Made by a program: the position numbers and the translations under genes
Notes under the pieces: model-generated
The model's input: the letters and a program-made list of their open reading frames with translations, nothing else
What the model was told of the DNA's origin: nothing
Database searches by the model: none
Assembly (NCBI GenBank): GCA_964403165.1
Contig: CAYOFL010000001.1
Span: 6,521-70,520, forward strand
Direction of reading: 5' to 3'
Origin: an uncultured Ignavibacteria bacterium
Lineage (GTDB): Bacteria > Zixibacteria > MSB-5A5 > SM1-73
DNA: 64,000 nt
In this document: piece after piece, positions 61,817 through 64,000 of the stretch
Layout of the letters: every line of letters begins with the position of its first letter
Numbering within the stretch: position 1 is the first letter of the stretch

Positions 61817-64000
61817 TTAAGGACAACCTGGTGCAGGACCACCCTTGAACAGATAATTGATCAGGTAAACTGCATCACCGATGTCAACTATTCCGTCGCA
61901 GTTAGCATTTCCTGCTTCTAAGGGATTAGGAGCGGGACCGTTTTTGTACATATAGTTTATTAAGTAAATCACGTCCTCAATATCTATTATTCCATCGCTA
62001 TTGCAATCACCGCGAGAAAATATGGATACGGACAACGAATCCGACCAGGCACTTTGGTGATCATGTATGTCCTTGGCTTTTACCTTTACATAATATGAAC
62101 CACTATTCATCCAAGTATTAGAAGCCGAACAGGTGTCTCCGGACTTATATGATCCAAGCCAGTTACTGTTAGTTTCGTCTCCCCAGTCAAAGAAATAGGA
62201 TATGCTATCTTCCTCTGGATCAGTGGTACTGCTTGAAAAATCGTACAGAATCCCAGTTTCTCCCTCAGTTATCCCAGATGGTTTAACCGGTGTTAATGGA
62301 GGATAGTTGGAAATGATAGGCACCATTCCCAGATCAGGGTTGCCCCAAAGTGCTCCCCACTCAAACATCTCATACTTCACCATACTCCACAATCCGTGAG
62401 TGTACATATATCTCAAAGCCGATTGAAGAGCCTCACCCTGAGTGTAATTTCCCGAAGTAACATAGGTGGTGAAGAAGTAGTCCAATGACTGAGAGGAGCC
62501 ATCGTTGGGATTATTCCAACCGGGCATTCCATATGCAACTTTTGTGGCACCGACAAAACCAACACCGCCCTGATTTAGCATGGCCCGTCCAATATTAGGA
62601 TAATCAGTATCAGAATTACTGCAGGCATCAGCGAAGATGATGGCTGGATAGTTGTCGTTGAGGTTGGAGCAGTCGCTCGACGTGATGAAAGCCTCACCAG
62701 TGGAGTGGTATATGTGACTAGAGGTGGGGGACCCGTGACCAGCCCAGTTTACAAAGGCGAATTTGCCGGTTGACCAAACCGAGACCACATTGCTGTGCCT
62801 TAAGTCGTAGTCCATAGGATACGTGGAGTAACCCAACTCATACATCCGGGTCATAGTCCAATCAGACATCCATATCTGATCAACCTTTGCTTCCATAAGC
62901 ACAGCATTATCAGTTCGCGGATTGGGATCATTATCCCAGAAGAAAGCTCCGAGAAGTAGCATGTTTTTCTTAAATGTGGGATCATCGTTCTGTTCATAAG
63001 CAACAGATTTTTGGCAAATGCCTAAAACAGTTGCAGATTGGCTCCATGGAATTCTTCCAACGTTTACCTCAGAATAAAAATCGATCGGGTCAGAGTTTTC
63101 ACCCCAGCGATGATCCCCATCAGCATCCCAGGACTCGTTATCGGGAAGGGAGAGCTCAGCATAGTATAAATCAGTCTCTGGTTGTCCGTATCCTACATCC
63201 TGCCATGTGCGGCGCATGGGCACATCATCGTAATCACCAACCAGCAGAACGTCCTCAATGCCCCAAACACCTGAGGGGTATTTATCTCTGAGAAAATTTC
63301 TCATTTTCTCAGCCAGATCGTAGCCACTGTAGTTGGAACTGATCCAGGAGGTAGTCACCACTTCAACGGTTCTGCCTTTGGAGGTTTCCCAGTTCACCAA
63401 AGGCGTTACCGATGATGTCAATGCATCAAGAGTAATGATAACAAAATCATGAACACCCTTACCCATATTTGTATCTTTTGGGTACCAATTCTTAGCTTGA
63501 TGGTAATTGAAGATGATTTCCTCTGCGATCCGTTCCTTCCCAGAAAGGTTATCGATCATTATGTCTTCTGAAGAAAAATCTTTTGGAAAAGTATAACTTA
63601 TGTGGACAGTGACTTCAGGATAATGTGTTAATTGACCAGATATGGGACGAAAGGTAAATGGTGTGACTCTTACATCTACTAAATTATACTTTCTGAAACC
63701 CGCGGTGCGAACAACTTCCCCAACCGAAGCCGGGTATGGTTCATCGCTTCTGTAAACTGAGTTAAAGTTCTCCTCATACATCTGCCGGTCTCGTTCGTAA
63801 AGAAGTGGATCCTCCTGGCCAATTACTCGGGGTAAAGGCGCAGGGGATATCTCATAGATTCCAGGAAGAATTATACCCTCATAAGTATCAAAGGTAACCT
63901 CAGCCACCTTAGCTCCCGGGGGTATTGCTATGGCAAAGATCTTTGAAGGTAAATTTGGCTTTCCCGGAACCAGCAGACGACCAAAGCTTTCAACAGACAT
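61817..64000 (-). CDS. Peptidase C25 (gingipain-like) cysteine protease with PKD-like domain and C-terminal dockerin-type repeats; the N-terminus probably lies beyond the window
   Basis: Catalytic contexts NWAGHGS (His) and FADACSNS (Cys). PKD-like YDFSSSTTDPEEDSISYFFDWGD. Tandem dockerin-like DCNSDGIIDIEDVIYLINY and NCDGIVDIGDAVYLINY. The ORF reaches the window edge and no signal peptide is seen. Confidence 0.75.
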   Translation of the reverse strand: MSVESFGRLLVPGKPNLPSKIFAIAIPPGAKVAEVTFDTYEGIILPGIYEISPAPLPRVIGQEDPLLYERDRQMYEENFNSVYRSDEPYPASVGEVVRTAGFRKYNLVDVRVTPFTFRPISGQLTHYPEVTVHISYTFPKDFSSEDIMIDNLSGKERIAEEIIFNYHQAKNWYPKDTNMGKGVHDFVIITLDALTSSVTPLVNWETSKGRTVEVVTTSWISSNYSGYDLAEKMRNFLRDKYPSGVWGIEDVLLVGDYDDVPMRRTWQDVGYGQPETDLYYAELSLPDNESWDADGDHRWGENSDPIDFYSEVNVGRIPWSQSATVLGICQKSVAYEQNDDPTFKKNMLLLGAFFWDNDPNPRTDNAVLMEAKVDQIWMSDWTMTRMYELGYSTYPMDYDLRHSNVVSVWSTGKFAFVNWAGHGSPTSSHIYHSTGEAFITSSDCSNLNDNYPAIIFADACSNSDTDYPNIGRAMLNQGGVGFVGATKVAYGMPGWNNPNDGSSQSLDYFFTTYVTSGNYTQGEALQSALRYMYTHGLWSMVKYEMFEWGALWGNPDLGMVPIISNYPPLTPVKPSGITEGETGILYDFSSSTTDPEEDSISYFFDWGDETNSNWLGSYKSGDTCSASNTWMNSGSYYVKVKAKDIHDHQSAWSDSLSVSIFSRGDCNSDGIIDIEDVIYLINYMYKNGPAPNPLEAGNANCDGIVDIGDAVYLINYLFKGGPAPGCP

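Overview
This 64-kb window looks like a chromosomal segment from an uncultivated, probably anaerobic bacterium. That is an inference from content: T9SS-type C-terminal sorting domains, a dockerin-tagged C25 peptidase, a multiheme/NrfC/NrfD redox module, sigma-54 regulation and archaeal-type enzymes. About 50 protein genes, one tRNA-Leu(CAA) and two gene remnants can be supported.

Housekeeping and metabolic genes: argF, a bifunctional formimidoyltransferase-cyclodeaminase, purD, purE, glyQS, recO, ftsB, dusB, a polyprenyl synthase, and glgA with a GalT-like HIT enzyme. There is also an archaeal-type HMG-CoA synthase/thiolase/DUF35 trio fused to a Liu-type methylcrotonyl-CoA carboxylase/methylglutaconyl-CoA hydratase cluster.

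Findings that stand out:
1. A 940-aa ORF has an M50-like HExxH membrane domain followed by an enolase homolog whose barrel domain precedes its N-terminal domain (apparent circular permutation). It lies next to a 57-codon remnant of a canonical eno gene.
2. Three different RAYT (REP-associated HUH/Y1 transposase) genes are each bracketed by their own REP family. Further GTAG...CTAC nested palindromic element families fill many intergenic regions.
3. A sigma-54/two-component-controlled octaheme-cytochrome/NrfC/NrfD complex is flanked by three GcvH-fold proteins that seem to lack the lipoyl lysine.
4. A four-helix-bundle (23S IVS-type) gene cassette appears to split the MCC alpha subunit.
5. An ECF sigma/anti-sigma locus carries a triad-less pseudo-HtrA lipoprotein, a YHS mini-protein and an active HtrA.

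No CRISPR array, rRNA or prophage was seen. All calls rest on manual motif reading of the supplied ORF translations and of the DNA; no database search was run.
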